From contig CAZPZY010000001.1 of the NCBI GenBank assembly GCA_964591195.1, positions 7,111 through 71,110 on the forward strand: 64,000 bases of DNA, written 5' to 3'. Origin of the DNA: an uncultured Candidatus Saccharibacteria bacterium (GTDB lineage: Bacteria > Patescibacteriota > Minisyncoccia > Minisyncoccales > JAGGSE01). Made by a program: the position numbers and the translations under genes. Positions 47,173 through 56,621 of this stretch are shown piece by piece (the stretch's first letter is position 1; each line of letters starts with the position of its first letter). The notes under the pieces were generated by a model. It searched no databases, was not told where the DNA came from, and worked only from the letters and a program-made list of their open reading frames with translations.

Positions 47173-48229
47173 TTTTTAGAGGGATAATTCCATTTTTTCT
47201 CCACTCCTTCTTAATTTTATCAGCCCTTTTTTGAGAAGAAACAAGGCAGATGCCACAGTCGCCTCCGCCTGCCCCGGCTATCTTGCCCGCTCCTCCAAAC
47301 CTTTCCGCAATTTCTGAGAGGATTTTTAGTTTTTCTGTTACGATCTCTGTTCCCGATTTCTTACTCAGTTCTTTTAGATATTTTTCATTTTCTTTGATTA
47401 GGTTTAGAATCTGTTTTTTGTTTTTTTCTCTTAAGGACAAAATCATTTTTTTTGTTGTTCTGCTGATGTCTGAAATGATTTTTTTATAAGCTTTTGGCGC
47501 TTTTTTTTGCCAGCTTTTTATTTTTTTTATTAGTTCTGGAGTAGAAGAAGGTCTGCCTGTCCAGCCAACCAAGAGTTTAAGTTCCTTTGGCAGATTTAGT
47601 TTTTCAACATAGAAATTGGGCCAGGGCATTTCAACAATTTTTCTCATATCTCTTTCTTTTTTAACTTGCTTTTTTAGCCAGTTGACATTAATCCCATGGC
47701 AGGCAAGATATCCTCCGTAGACCGAGGCAACAATATCTGCTCCGGAGCCGAGTTTTCCTTGGGCAAAAAAATGAGAAAGAGAGGCCAGTTTGAAGATTTT
47801 CTCTTTTTCTAATTTTTCTTTGTTGAACTTAAGCAAGGCAGCAATAATAGCCACGCTTGAAGCCGCTGAAAAGCCAAAGCCAATCTTTTCTTTGTTCTTA
47901 GCCCAAAGTTCTATCCTGAAGGGTTTCCATTTTCCTAAATACCTCAAACCAACCTCAATTGCTTTTCGGGCGAAGATAAGCAGTTTTTCTTCCTCTGGTT
48001 TTAGTTTCTTCAAAAAGTGCAGGTGGCCCTTTTTAAACTCTGCCTTTAGGTTTTTTAGATTATAGTTCTTTAGGGAAAGATGGATTTTTTTGTCTTGAGA
48101 ATTGGTAATTTTTGCGAAAATTCTTTTTTTAACAGCCACAACAATCGCTGGATTTTCAGGTTCCAATACCGCCCATTCGCCGGAAATAAATAACTTTCCT
48201 GGAACTGAGATGATAAATGACCTAGGCAT
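47135..48229 (-). CDS. mvaK2: Phosphomevalonate kinase (GHMP family)
   Basis: VPGKLFISGEWAVL, KIGFGFSAA, GSGADI, LVGWTGRPSST, KIAGAGGGDCGI. Confidence 0.88.
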   Translation of the reverse strand: MPRSFIISVPGKLFISGEWAVLEPENPAIVVAVKKRIFAKITNSQDKKIHLSLKNYNLKNLKAEFKKGHLHFLKKLKPEEEKLLIFARKAIEVGLRYLGKWKPFRIELWAKNKEKIGFGFSAASSVAIIAALLKFNKEKLEKEKIFKLASLSHFFAQGKLGSGADIVASVYGGYLACHGINVNWLKKQVKKERDMRKIVEMPWPNFYVEKLNLPKELKLLVGWTGRPSSTPELIKKIKSWQKKAPKAYKKIISDISRTTKKMILSLREKNKKQILNLIKENEKYLKELSKKSGTEIVTEKLKILSEIAERFGGAGKIAGAGGGDCGICLVSSQKRADKIKKEWRKNGIIPLKIKIDHSGVGLSS

Positions 48230-49235
48230 AATTTTTCACCCCTTTTGCTCCTAATCCTACATTAAAAAAATCAAGGTTTAGTTTTTTTAACAATTTGGTT
48301 AATTGTTTCTTGTCTTGATGAAAGCAAATAATTGCCCCTCCCCCTCCTGCTCCTGAAAGTTTGGCTGCGCCTCCTATATTCCTTACCGCCCTTACAATTT
48401 TCTCTATTTTTGGGGTAGAAACCCCCAGAACCCTGAGGGATTCCTGGGCAGTGTTGATTGAATCCTTGATTATTTCTGGGCTTCCTTTTTTAAGCCCCTC
48501 CCGCATTTTATATGTTGCCAGGGCAATATCCTTGATTTTTTCTTCCCTTAGTTTGCTGGACAGATTTCTGACCCTTTGGATAAGTTTGGCTGTTGTCATT
48601 CCCTTTTTTCGAGGGAGCAAAACAAGGACAATCTCTTTTAGAAATGGGGGGAGGTTAATATGGGTCCATTTCCCTTTTTCAAACCAGACGGTCCCGCCAA
48701 AGGTAGAGATAAAATTGTCCCCACCACTTGGCTTTCCGTGGTTGATTTTTTCTATCTCAAAAGCCATTTGATTGATTTCTTTTTTTGAAAGGTGAAATGA
48801 GAGAAACTCAGAAACTGCCTTGGAAAGAGAGACCGAAAGAGAAGCAGATGAGCCCAGTCCCATTCCAACAGGGAAATCGCTTTCTATCTCCAAAGAAAAG
48901 GGCTTTTTTATTTTCGCTTTTTCTAATATCAATCCTATCCCTGCCTTGCTGAGGTTTAAGGGATTTGATTTCAAAAATCTGAAGAGTTTTGAGAAATCGC
49001 CTTTTTTGTTTCCTTCTTGCCACAACTTCTGGCACCTTTTTGCTGTTTCTAATACCTGATTGATTTCAAATTCTCCTTCTTCTCCCAAGGGCTTATTTTC
49101 AATTTTTATTCTTTTTGCTCTCTTAATTTTTACCCTTGTTCTCTTTTCAATAGCCGAGACAATGGCTGGATAGCCATAGCAGACAGCGTGCTCTCCAATT
49201 AGATGTATTTTCCCCGGTGCCGAAGATTCGGCCAT
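48222..49235 (-). CDS. mvk: Mevalonate kinase
   Basis: SAPGKIHLIGEHAV, PVGMGLGSSA, HGKPSGGD, AKLSGAGGGG. Confidence 0.92.
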   Translation of the reverse strand: MAESSAPGKIHLIGEHAVCYGYPAIVSAIEKRTRVKIKRAKRIKIENKPLGEEGEFEINQVLETAKRCQKLWQEGNKKGDFSKLFRFLKSNPLNLSKAGIGLILEKAKIKKPFSLEIESDFPVGMGLGSSASLSVSLSKAVSEFLSFHLSKKEINQMAFEIEKINHGKPSGGDNFISTFGGTVWFEKGKWTHINLPPFLKEIVLVLLPRKKGMTTAKLIQRVRNLSSKLREEKIKDIALATYKMREGLKKGSPEIIKDSINTAQESLRVLGVSTPKIEKIVRAVRNIGGAAKLSGAGGGGAIICFHQDKKQLTKLLKKLNLDFFNVGLGAKGVKNYA

Positions 49236-49504
49236 AGAATTGTAGAGTCTATTTCACAAAATGCAAAAACCTTGTTTTGTTTATCTAGCCCCTTTCTGAA
49301 GAGAGGCTTTCAATATCTTTTCTACGAATAAATCTTTCTTTGGTCTTTTTGACGACAATCAAATCTAAATTGCTACCAAGAGCCAATATTATAAAATCTC
49401 AGTTTAATTTTATCAAAAATTAGAACAAAAACAAATAGAGCCTGCCCCTTCCCTTCCCAAATCCTCAAATTTTTGATAGCGTTGCTTAACCTGGTTAAAC
49501 AATG

Positions 49505-49711
49505 GACAAAAGCCCAAAGCTAAAACGCAAGCACAACTTAAAGCGCAAATCTTATCAAATTCGAAACCCAAGATTCAAAACAATGACCAAAGTTCAAAAC
49601 CAAACCAAATCAAAAATCAAAATACAAAATGATAAATCAAAATTCAAAATGAATAAAATAATTTTGCATTTTAGATTATCATTTTGATTTTTGAGATTTG
49701 CATTTTGCATT
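49505..49711. repeat. Heptamer-repeat palindromic element, copy B
   Basis: TTCAAAACAATGACCAAAGTTCAAAACCAAACCAAATCAAAAATC matches the reverse complement of the right arm of copy D. It ends TTTGCATTTTGCAT and includes an AAAGC-type half element. Confidence 0.75.
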
Positions 49712-49861
49712 AAAAATTGTACAAGATTGAAAATCTGAGATTTTTATGATATTATTCTTGATTGTCAGAATCAATGACAAGGCAATTTGCTAAAAGTTTG
49801 CCTTTTGTTTCTGCCTTTTGCTATTTAGGAGGCTGCCATATAGATTGGTTTTTTTTAAGAT

Positions 49862-50014
49862 ATGAAAAAAAGACTTCCCCCGAGTGTCAGAAAGTATATC
49901 AGAAGGGAAAAGGCGCGGATTCGGCGCCAGGTTTTAGATCCATCTCTTCAGGAAAAATTAATTCAGGACCTGTATAAAAAATTTGAAGTGAAGAAAAATG
50001 TTCAAAGAAAATAG
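49862..50014 (+). CDS. Small basic protein (50 aa) missing from the ORF track
   Basis: MKKRLPPSVRKYIRREKARIRRQVLDPSLQEKLIQDLYKKFEVKKNVQRK. Amphipathic, and overlaps the start of the next gene. Confidence 0.55.
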   Translation: MKKRLPPSVRKYIRREKARIRRQVLDPSLQEKLIQDLYKKFEVKKNVQRK

Positions 50015-50897
50015 GATTTGTCAACTTTTAGGAATTAAATATCCGATTATCCAGGGAGGAATGGCTGGAATCTCTAATTCGTCTTTAACCTCAGCGGTTT
50101 CAAATGCTGGGGGGCTGGGGGTTATTGGCTCGGGATTAATGCCTGCTGATTGGCTTGAAAAAGAGATAGAGGCAACGCGAGAGAAAACAAATTTTCCTTT
50201 TGGAGTAAATCTTTTTATTCAAAATCCCAAAATTGAGCAACTGGTAAGGGTGGTAATAGAAAAGAAGGTGCCAGTTGTCTTCACTGGTGGAGGAAATCCG
50301 CTTCCATTATTCCCTTTTTTACACAAGGCAGGGATTAAAATTATTCCTGTTGTTCCTTCGCCGCGATTGGCAGCAAAAATGGAGGACAATGGCGCGGATG
50401 CTGTAGTGGTAGAAGGACTGGAGTCGGGCGGTCATATTGGAGAAAATACCACCTTTTGTCTTATCCCCCAAACAAAACAGGCCTTGAAAAGAATTCCCCT
50501 TATTGCCGCTGGTGGGATTTATGACAAAAGGACAAAGGAAGCCGCTTTTTTGCTGGGAGCAGAAGGGGTCCAGATGGGAACAAGATTTTTGGCTTCAAAA
50601 GAATGCCCTGTTTCTGATGCCTATAAGGAAAAAATTATCAAAGCCAAAAACGATGATATTGAGGTAATCTTAAGATTTACCGGGCATCCGATAAGGGTAA
50701 TTAGGAATCAATTTTCTGAGAGAATGAAGAAAATTGAGAGAATGGGGGCTTTTCCTGAAGAAATAAAAGCGGAAAGAATCGCTGGGGGGCTGTCAGGAAA
50801 AGATGTAGAGAACATTCCCCTAATGGCTGGCTTATGTGCAGCAGAAATCTCTGAGATTAAAAGTTGCCAACAGATAATTGAGGAAATTGCAATTTAG
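49998..50897 (+). CDS. fabK: FabK-like enoyl-ACP reductase II / nitronate monooxygenase family
   Basis: YPIIQGGMA, AVSNAGGLG, PFGVN, EGLESGGHIG, AAGGI, GVQMGTRF. Context of acc and plsC genes. Confidence 0.75.
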   Translation: MFKENRICQLLGIKYPIIQGGMAGISNSSLTSAVSNAGGLGVIGSGLMPADWLEKEIEATREKTNFPFGVNLFIQNPKIEQLVRVVIEKKVPVVFTGGGNPLPLFPFLHKAGIKIIPVVPSPRLAAKMEDNGADAVVVEGLESGGHIGENTTFCLIPQTKQALKRIPLIAAGGIYDKRTKEAAFLLGAEGVQMGTRFLASKECPVSDAYKEKIIKAKNDDIEVILRFTGHPIRVIRNQFSERMKKIERMGAFPEEIKAERIAGGLSGKDVENIPLMAGLCAAEISEIKSCQQIIEEIAI

Positions 50898-50905
50898 ATT
50901 TTAAT

Positions 50906-51559
50906 ATGAACCGCCTTGTTTCTGGTTTTTGCAGGATAGTTCTCAAGCCCTTGATAGATTGGTGTTTGATAAAGGAGGTAAGAGGTTTGGAAAATGTCCC
51001 CAAAGGTAATTTTATTTTGGCTGCTAATCACCAGAGCCACCTAGACCAGATCTGTACCGGCTATCTCTGTGTTCCCCGAAGGTTTCATATGCTTGGACAG
51101 ACAGACCAGTATAGCGGCTTGCCCAAACTTCTTTTGTATTTTATTTATTTTTTGGCTGGGGTTATCCCAGTAAACAGGAAAAGCAGACAATCAAGAAGCA
51201 GAGCGTTTCAGGAGGCAGTAAAAGCATTAAAAATGGGAGATATTGTCATCCTCTATCCTGAGGGAACAAGGACGAGAACTGGCCAGATTCAGCGGGCATA
51301 TTCCGGGGTGGCAAAGCTCCATCTGATAACAGGTGTGCCTATCTTGCCTGTGGCAATTGACGGCACATTTGAATTGATGCCGCCGGGCAAGGCCTTCCCT
51401 CGGATTAAAAGGATACTTAAGATCAGTGTGGGACCCCCTCTTTATTTTAGGGAAGAGATTGAAAGGGCAAAACTGCTTGATTGTCAGTCCCCTGAATATA
51501 AAACGATTAGTCAAAAAATTACAGACAAGGTAATGGAGAAAATTAAAGAACTGAAGTGA
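50906..51559 (+). CDS. Lysophospholipid acyltransferase (PlsC family)
   Basis: ANHQSHLD (HX4D), YPEGTR, PILPVAI. Confidence 0.9.
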   Translation: MNRLVSGFCRIVLKPLIDWCLIKEVRGLENVPKGNFILAANHQSHLDQICTGYLCVPRRFHMLGQTDQYSGLPKLLLYFIYFLAGVIPVNRKSRQSRSRAFQEAVKALKMGDIVILYPEGTRTRTGQIQRAYSGVAKLHLITGVPILPVAIDGTFELMPPGKAFPRIKRILKISVGPPLYFREEIERAKLLDCQSPEYKTISQKITDKVMEKIKELK

Positions 51560-52149
51560 AAAGGATATTTACCACAGCAAATAAACTTTTTGTTTTTTCA
51601 CTTCTTGAGAGGTTTTTGGTTGAAGAAATTAAGGGGAAGGAAAATATTCCCCAAAAGGGTAATTTTATTGTTGCTTCAAATCATTTGGATACTATGGATA
51701 GTTGGTTGATTGGCCTTGTCTTTAAGAATAGAGCCGAAAGCCTCTGCTTTGTTGCTAGAAGGGATAAAAACCTGAAGCAGATATGGAGGATTTTTATAGA
51801 TTTTTTTGCCCAGCCGATCGTCTTTGAGCGGGGTAGAACATCAAGAAAGGAAATTTTGAAAGAGGTAATAAGGCGGGCAAAGAGGGGCCAGATAATTGTT
51901 TTTTATCCGGAGGGAGATGTGAATAAAAAAAGAATTTTATTAAAAGGCAAAAATGGGGTGGCAGAAGTAGCCAAGAAGACGAGCTTGCCTGTCTTGCCTC
52001 TGGGTATTAGAAAAACAAAAGAGATGAAAAGAAAAATTATTATTGGCAAGCCTCTTTATTCTGACTCTCAAGAGGATGTTAATGGTTTTTTTAGAAAAAT
52101 AATGCTTGAAATCTCAAAACTATCAGGAAAGGCCTATCCCTATGATTAA
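51556..52149 (+). CDS. Second PlsC-family acyltransferase
   Basis: SNHLDTMD (HX4D), FYPEG, PVLPLGI. Confidence 0.85.
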   Translation: MKRIFTTANKLFVFSLLERFLVEEIKGKENIPQKGNFIVASNHLDTMDSWLIGLVFKNRAESLCFVARRDKNLKQIWRIFIDFFAQPIVFERGRTSRKEILKEVIRRAKRGQIIVFYPEGDVNKKRILLKGKNGVAEVAKKTSLPVLPLGIRKTKEMKRKIIIGKPLYSDSQEDVNGFFRKIMLEISKLSGKAYPYD

Positions 52150-53677
52150 AAAAATCCTTATTGCCAACCGTGGCGAGATTGCCCTAAGAATAATTAGAAC
52201 CTGTAAGAAAATGGGGATTAAAACCGTTGCCCTCTGCCCCCAGAAGGGAGAAGAATCCGACTTTATTGAAACTGCCTTGGCTGATGAGTTTTATTACTTG
52301 GAAAAAGAGGGAATCTCCGGCTATTTGGACATAAAAAGAATTTTGGAGATAGCCAAAAAATCTCAGGTAGATGCTATTCATCCTGGTTACGGATTCTTGG
52401 CTGAAAACTGGCTTTTTGCCAAACTCTGTAGGAGAAAGGGCATAAAATTTATTGGACCCAACCACGGAATTTTGAAGAGATTAGAAGATAAAATTGAGGC
52501 AAAGAAGATAGCCAAAAAAGTAAAAATTCCGGTTTTGCCCTTTAGCCAAAAATCAATCAATTCCCTGAAGGACCTGAAAAAATGGGTTTTGGAAATTAGA
52601 CCACCATTTGTTCTAAAGGCAAGGAAGGGAGGAGGAGGAATTGGGATTCGGGCGATAAATGGCCAGATTTCAATTGGTGAGGTTTTTACCACTGCCTTAG
52701 GGATTAGAAGGCAGATGTCAATGGCGTTTTCCAATACTGAGTTCTTTCTTGAAAAGTATCTTTCTCCGGCAAAGCATATTGAGGTCCAGATTGTCTCTGA
52801 CACCAGAAATTTTGTCCATTTAGGAGAACGGGAGTGCTCAATTCAAAGAAGGTTTCAGAAACTTTTAGAGGAATCTCCTTCTATCTTTCTGGATAAAGAA
52901 ACAAGAGAGAAGATTTTTAATTATGCCCTGAGATTTGCCAGAGCGCTAAGGTACGAAGGAGTAGGAACCATTGAATTTTTGGTCAGCCCCAAGAAAGATA
53001 TTTATTTTATGGAGGTCAATCCTCGGCTTCAGGTAGAGCACCCGATAACAGAAGCCAGAACAGGAATTGACCTGGTAGAACAACAGATACGGATTGCCCA
53101 AGGAGAGCCCTTGAGGTTTAGGCAGGAGGAGATAAGAATTTCAGGTCATGCTATAGAAGCAAGGATTTTGGCTGAAGATCCAGTTAAGGGGTTTGTGCCC
53201 TCAAGTGGACAGATTACCGAGTATTCTCCGCCAACTGGTTCAGGAATTTCCCTTCACACATTTTTGCATAAGGGTCAAAAAATCTATCCCTATTTTGACT
53301 CTCTTCTGGCAAAACTGGTCTCTTTTGGTCAAAATAGAGGAGAAGCCATTTCCCGATTAAAGAGGGCGTTGAGGGAGTTCTCTATCAAGGGAGTGCCGAC
53401 AACAATCCCCTTTTTCAATGCCCTATTGGAAGATAAAAGATTCTTGACAGGAAACTACTTTACTGACTTTATTGAAAAAAGCAGTATCTTGAAAGATATC
53501 TCCGCTTTTCAGGAGAAGAAAGAAATTGTCCCAGAGAGGGTTCCCTCAGAAGAAGAGGTGGCAAAAATTGTTTATCAGTTTTTTAGGAGATTTGAAAGAA
53601 AGGAAACAAGGACAAGAGGGATTTCTTCTTGGCAGATGGCTGAGAGGACAAATTTTTTTCAAGAAGATGAGATTTGA
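52142..53677 (+). CDS. accC: Biotin carboxylase
   Basis: KILIANRGEIA, IHPGYGFLAEN, ERECSIQRR, EVNPRLQVEHPITE, FDSLLAKL. Confidence 0.95.
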   Translation: MIKKILIANRGEIALRIIRTCKKMGIKTVALCPQKGEESDFIETALADEFYYLEKEGISGYLDIKRILEIAKKSQVDAIHPGYGFLAENWLFAKLCRRKGIKFIGPNHGILKRLEDKIEAKKIAKKVKIPVLPFSQKSINSLKDLKKWVLEIRPPFVLKARKGGGGIGIRAINGQISIGEVFTTALGIRRQMSMAFSNTEFFLEKYLSPAKHIEVQIVSDTRNFVHLGERECSIQRRFQKLLEESPSIFLDKETREKIFNYALRFARALRYEGVGTIEFLVSPKKDIYFMEVNPRLQVEHPITEARTGIDLVEQQIRIAQGEPLRFRQEEIRISGHAIEARILAEDPVKGFVPSSGQITEYSPPTGSGISLHTFLHKGQKIYPYFDSLLAKLVSFGQNRGEAISRLKRALREFSIKGVPTTIPFFNALLEDKRFLTGNYFTDFIEKSSILKDISAFQEKKEIVPERVPSEEEVAKIVYQFFRRFERKETRTRGISSWQMAERTNFFQEDEI

Positions 53678-54035
53678 ACTTTTCGGGAAAAATTTTGATG
53701 TTGAGATTTTGGAAAAAGAAGGGGGCGTTTTGATAAGGGTCAATGGGAAGGAGTTCTTTTTCAAAGAAGGAGAAGAAGAGGATAAAAAGGAAAGGGTAGA
53801 ATCCCTTAAAGGGGATTTCGGCCAAGAAAAGGTTTTGGCTCCAATTTCCGGTCAGATTATCAAGATTTTTCAAAAAGAGGGAGCAGAGGTAAAAAGAGGA
53901 GATGTGCTTTTAGTTCTTTCGGCTATGAAGATGGAAAACGAAATTCTTGTTGAAAAAACAGGAAGTGTCAAAAAAATTTTTTTCAAAGAAGGAGACATAG
54001 TAAAAAAGGGAGATGTTTTGGCAATTATAAAATGA
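53667..54035 (+). CDS. accB: Biotin carboxyl carrier protein
   Basis: APISG...SAMKMENEI...GDIVKKGD. Start MRFELFGK at 53667. Confidence 0.9.
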   Translation: MRFELFGKNFDVEILEKEGGVLIRVNGKEFFFKEGEEEDKKERVESLKGDFGQEKVLAPISGQIIKIFQKEGAEVKRGDVLLVLSAMKMENEILVEKTGSVKKIFFKEGDIVKKGDVLAIIK

Positions 54036-54553
54036 AACTAACTATTAAGACATTTAAAAAGGTAGATTCAACCCAAAAGGTTGCCAAGAAATTGAAAAAG
54101 CCCTTGCCTTGGACAGTCATCCTGGCAGAGGAGCAAACCTCTGGTTATGGCAGAAAGAGAAATTTCTGGTATTCTCCAAGGGGTGGACTTTATTTTTCCA
54201 TTGTTCTGCCTAGTTTGAAGATTGAAAGTACAGAAACCTTAACAATTCTTTCTGCCTTCTCAGTGGCTAAAATTTTGAAAGAGGACTTCAATCTTGAGTC
54301 ATTTATAAAATATCCCAATGACGTCTATGTAGGAGGAAAAAAAATTTGTGGTATAATAACAGAGAACAGGCTTTCAGGAAACAGGGTTTTGTTTTCTGTA
54401 ATGGGCATTGGGCTAAATACCAATCTTGACAGATTTCCCAAAAACCTGGAAAATAAAGCCACATCCCTTAAAATAGAGACAGGAAAGGAGGTTGAGAATA
54501 AAAAATTAATGAAGAAGATAATCAGGCAGTTAAAGAAACAGATTGATTTTTAA
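54032..54553 (+). CDS. birA: Biotin-protein ligase (no HTH)
   Basis: VDSTQ, AEEQTSGYGR, WYSPRGGLYFS, KYPND, KKICGI, GIGLN. Confidence 0.94.
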   Translation: MKLTIKTFKKVDSTQKVAKKLKKPLPWTVILAEEQTSGYGRKRNFWYSPRGGLYFSIVLPSLKIESTETLTILSAFSVAKILKEDFNLESFIKYPNDVYVGGKKICGIITENRLSGNRVLFSVMGIGLNTNLDRFPKNLENKATSLKIETGKEVENKKLMKKIIRQLKKQIDF

Positions 54554-54565
54554 CCTAATTTGTAG

Positions 54566-54620
54566 TTGCTAACCGCTTTGGTAGCAAGTTTGCTGAGGGA
54601 AGATACCTCAGCAGAAATTA
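54566..54620. repeat. Short inverted copy of the ends of the trpS-upstream element
   Basis: TTGCTAACCGCTTTGGTAGCAAGTTTGCTGAGG is the reverse complement of 28748-28780 with 3 mismatches, followed by AAGATACCTCAGCAGAAATTA. Confidence 0.7.
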
Positions 54621-54644
54621 CTGAAGAAGTTAGATAACTTAACT

Positions 54645-56195
54645 ATGGCTTTTGAAAAAGAAAACAAGGAACTAAAAAGACGTTTAAATGCCTTGGAGCC
54701 GCCTGAGACAGTTGAGAAGCAACACCAAAAAGGGAAAATGACTGCCCGAGAGCGAATAGAGGTGCTTTTGGATCCAGAAACCTTTGTTGAGTTAAATCCT
54801 TTTGCTGAAACCAGAATTTCTTCTTTTGGGCTAGATAAAAAGAGATGCCCCGGAGACGGGGTAATCTGCGGGTTTGGGAAAATCAGAGGGAGGCAGGTCT
54901 ATGTTTTTTCCCAGGATTTTTCAAAGATCGGCGGAACATTGGGGGAGACCCATGGGAAGAAAATTTTAGGCGTTTACGAACTGGCTCTAAAGACCGGCTG
55001 TCCTATTATCGGTATTTACGACTCAGGAGGAGCCAGAATTCAGGAAGGGGTTGCCTCTTTGGATGCCTATGGCGAAATTTTCAGGATGCAGGTAAAATCC
55101 TCAGGAGTAATTCCTCAGTTATCAATAATTGTCGGTCCTTCTGCCGGCGGAGCCTGCTACGGCCCAGGACTTTCTGATTTCGTCTTTATGGTCAGGGGAA
55201 TCTCCTTTATGTTTATCACAGGACCCGAGGTGATTAGTAAGGTTGTTGGAGAAAAAATTTCAGCCCAAGACCTGGGAGGAGCGGTCTGTCATTCTCAAAA
55301 ATCTGGGACTGCCCATTTTATTTTTGAGAGTGAAAAGGATTGTTTCCGAGCGGTAAGGAAACTTCTCTCATATCTGCCCCAGAATAATTTAGAAAATCCT
55401 CCAGAGCAGAAAGCCATAATTTCAGGATTTCTTGAGACAAGGGAAAGGATTAGATTATTGGAGATTGTCCCCGAGGAAGAGAAAAAGGGGTATGAAATGA
55501 AGCAGGTGATTTCAGAGATTTTTGATAAGGATTCATTTTTTGAGGTCCAGCCGGAGTTTGCCCAAAATTCAATAGTGGGATTTGCCCGGCTAAATGGACA
55601 TACCGTAGGGGTGGTGGCAAACCAGCCAAGGGTCTTGGCTGGCGTTTTAGATATTAACTCCTCTGACAAGATATCAAGGTTTGTAAGATTCTGCGACGCC
55701 TTTAACATCCCTATTATCAACCTGGTCGATTGTCCGGGCTATTTACCTGGCAAGGAGCAGGAATGGGAAGGGATTATCAGGCATGGGGCAAAGGTCTTAT
55801 ACGCCTATGCCCAAGCCACTGTTCCCAAGATATCTCTGATTTTAAGAAAGGCATTTGGTGGTGCTTATATTGCCTTGGCGGCAAAGGGCCTGGGCTATGA
55901 CAGTGTGATTTCCTGGCCTGGGGCTCAGATTGCGGTAATGGGACCAGAACAGGCAGTGAAAATTATTTTCAAAAAAGAAATTTCAGAAAGCAAGAACCCG
56001 GAAGTCCTGGAAAAAGAAAAAATCAAGGAATTAAAAGAGAAATTTTTGAACCCCTATGAAGCGGCGCGATTGGGCAAGATTGATTTAATTATAAATCCAA
56101 AAGACACAAGGACTGTTTTGGTCAAATCCTTAGAGTCCCTTTTGAATAAAAGAGAACCCCGGGTTATCAGAAAACACGGCAACATCCCCCTTTAA
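54645..56195 (+). CDS. Acyl-CoA carboxylase carboxyltransferase beta subunit (PccB-type)
   Basis: GKMTARERI, DSGGARIQEG, AGGACYGP, RFCDAFNIP, GIIRHGAK, KHGNIPL. Confidence 0.94.
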   Translation: MAFEKENKELKRRLNALEPPETVEKQHQKGKMTARERIEVLLDPETFVELNPFAETRISSFGLDKKRCPGDGVICGFGKIRGRQVYVFSQDFSKIGGTLGETHGKKILGVYELALKTGCPIIGIYDSGGARIQEGVASLDAYGEIFRMQVKSSGVIPQLSIIVGPSAGGACYGPGLSDFVFMVRGISFMFITGPEVISKVVGEKISAQDLGGAVCHSQKSGTAHFIFESEKDCFRAVRKLLSYLPQNNLENPPEQKAIISGFLETRERIRLLEIVPEEEKKGYEMKQVISEIFDKDSFFEVQPEFAQNSIVGFARLNGHTVGVVANQPRVLAGVLDINSSDKISRFVRFCDAFNIPIINLVDCPGYLPGKEQEWEGIIRHGAKVLYAYAQATVPKISLILRKAFGGAYIALAAKGLGYDSVISWPGAQIAVMGPEQAVKIIFKKEISESKNPEVLEKEKIKELKEKFLNPYEAARLGKIDLIINPKDTRTVLVKSLESLLNKREPRVIRKHGNIPL

Positions 56196-56234
56196 AGGTG
56201 TTTTTTTGGAGCATAATATGTTATAAAATTGATA

Positions 56235-56480
56235 AAATGCAAAATGCAAATCTCAAAATGACAATTCAAAATGCAAAATTATTTTTAAACCCAAAGCGTA
56301 AAGCGCAAAGTGTAAAGCTAAAGCGTAAAGCTTAAAGCTATAAAAGAAAGGTTTCGCTTTTCGCTTTAAGTTGTAGTTTTGCGCTTTGCGCTTTGAGCTT
56401 TGCGCTTGAATGTTGATTTTGAATTTTGAGATTTAAGATTATCATTTTGATTTTTGATTTTTGCATTTTGAATTTTAAAT
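56235..56480. repeat. Heptamer-repeat palindromic element, copy C, with a nested second palindrome
   Basis: Outer arms AAATGCAAAATGCAAATCTCAAAATG / CATTTTGATTTTTGATTTTTGCATTTTG. Inner arms are AAAGCGT/AAAGCGC-type repeats facing GCGCTTT repeats. Confidence 0.8.
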
Positions 56481-56481
56481 T

Positions 56482-56616
56482 ATGTCCATCACCTACCAAC
56501 CAAAAAAGAGAAAAAGGAAAAGAACCCACGGATTTCTGAAGAGAATGAAAAGCAAGGACGGAAGAAAAGTGTTGGCAAGAAGGAGGAAGAAAAAAAGATG
56601 GAGAATATCGGTCTGA
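56482..56616 (+). CDS. rpmH: 50S ribosomal protein L34 (below the ORF-track cut-off)
   Basis: [44 protein letters not shown], directly upstream of rnpA. Confidence 0.96.
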   Translation: MSITYQPKKRKRKRTHGFLKRMKSKDGRKVLARRRKKKRWRISV

Positions 56617-56621
56617 GTGAT

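Noticed and set aside
49502-49977. ORFs 49502-49687 and 49762-49977 (also 38060-38245, 56338-56679 and 61328-61609)
   Set aside because: These are translations of repeat or intergenic DNA, or overlap better-supported genes.
54590-54640. Hammerhead or HDV-like ribozyme (CTGAAGA and GAAA here; GCGAA at 28753)
   Set aside because: The core motifs are not in an order or spacing that allows the required stems.
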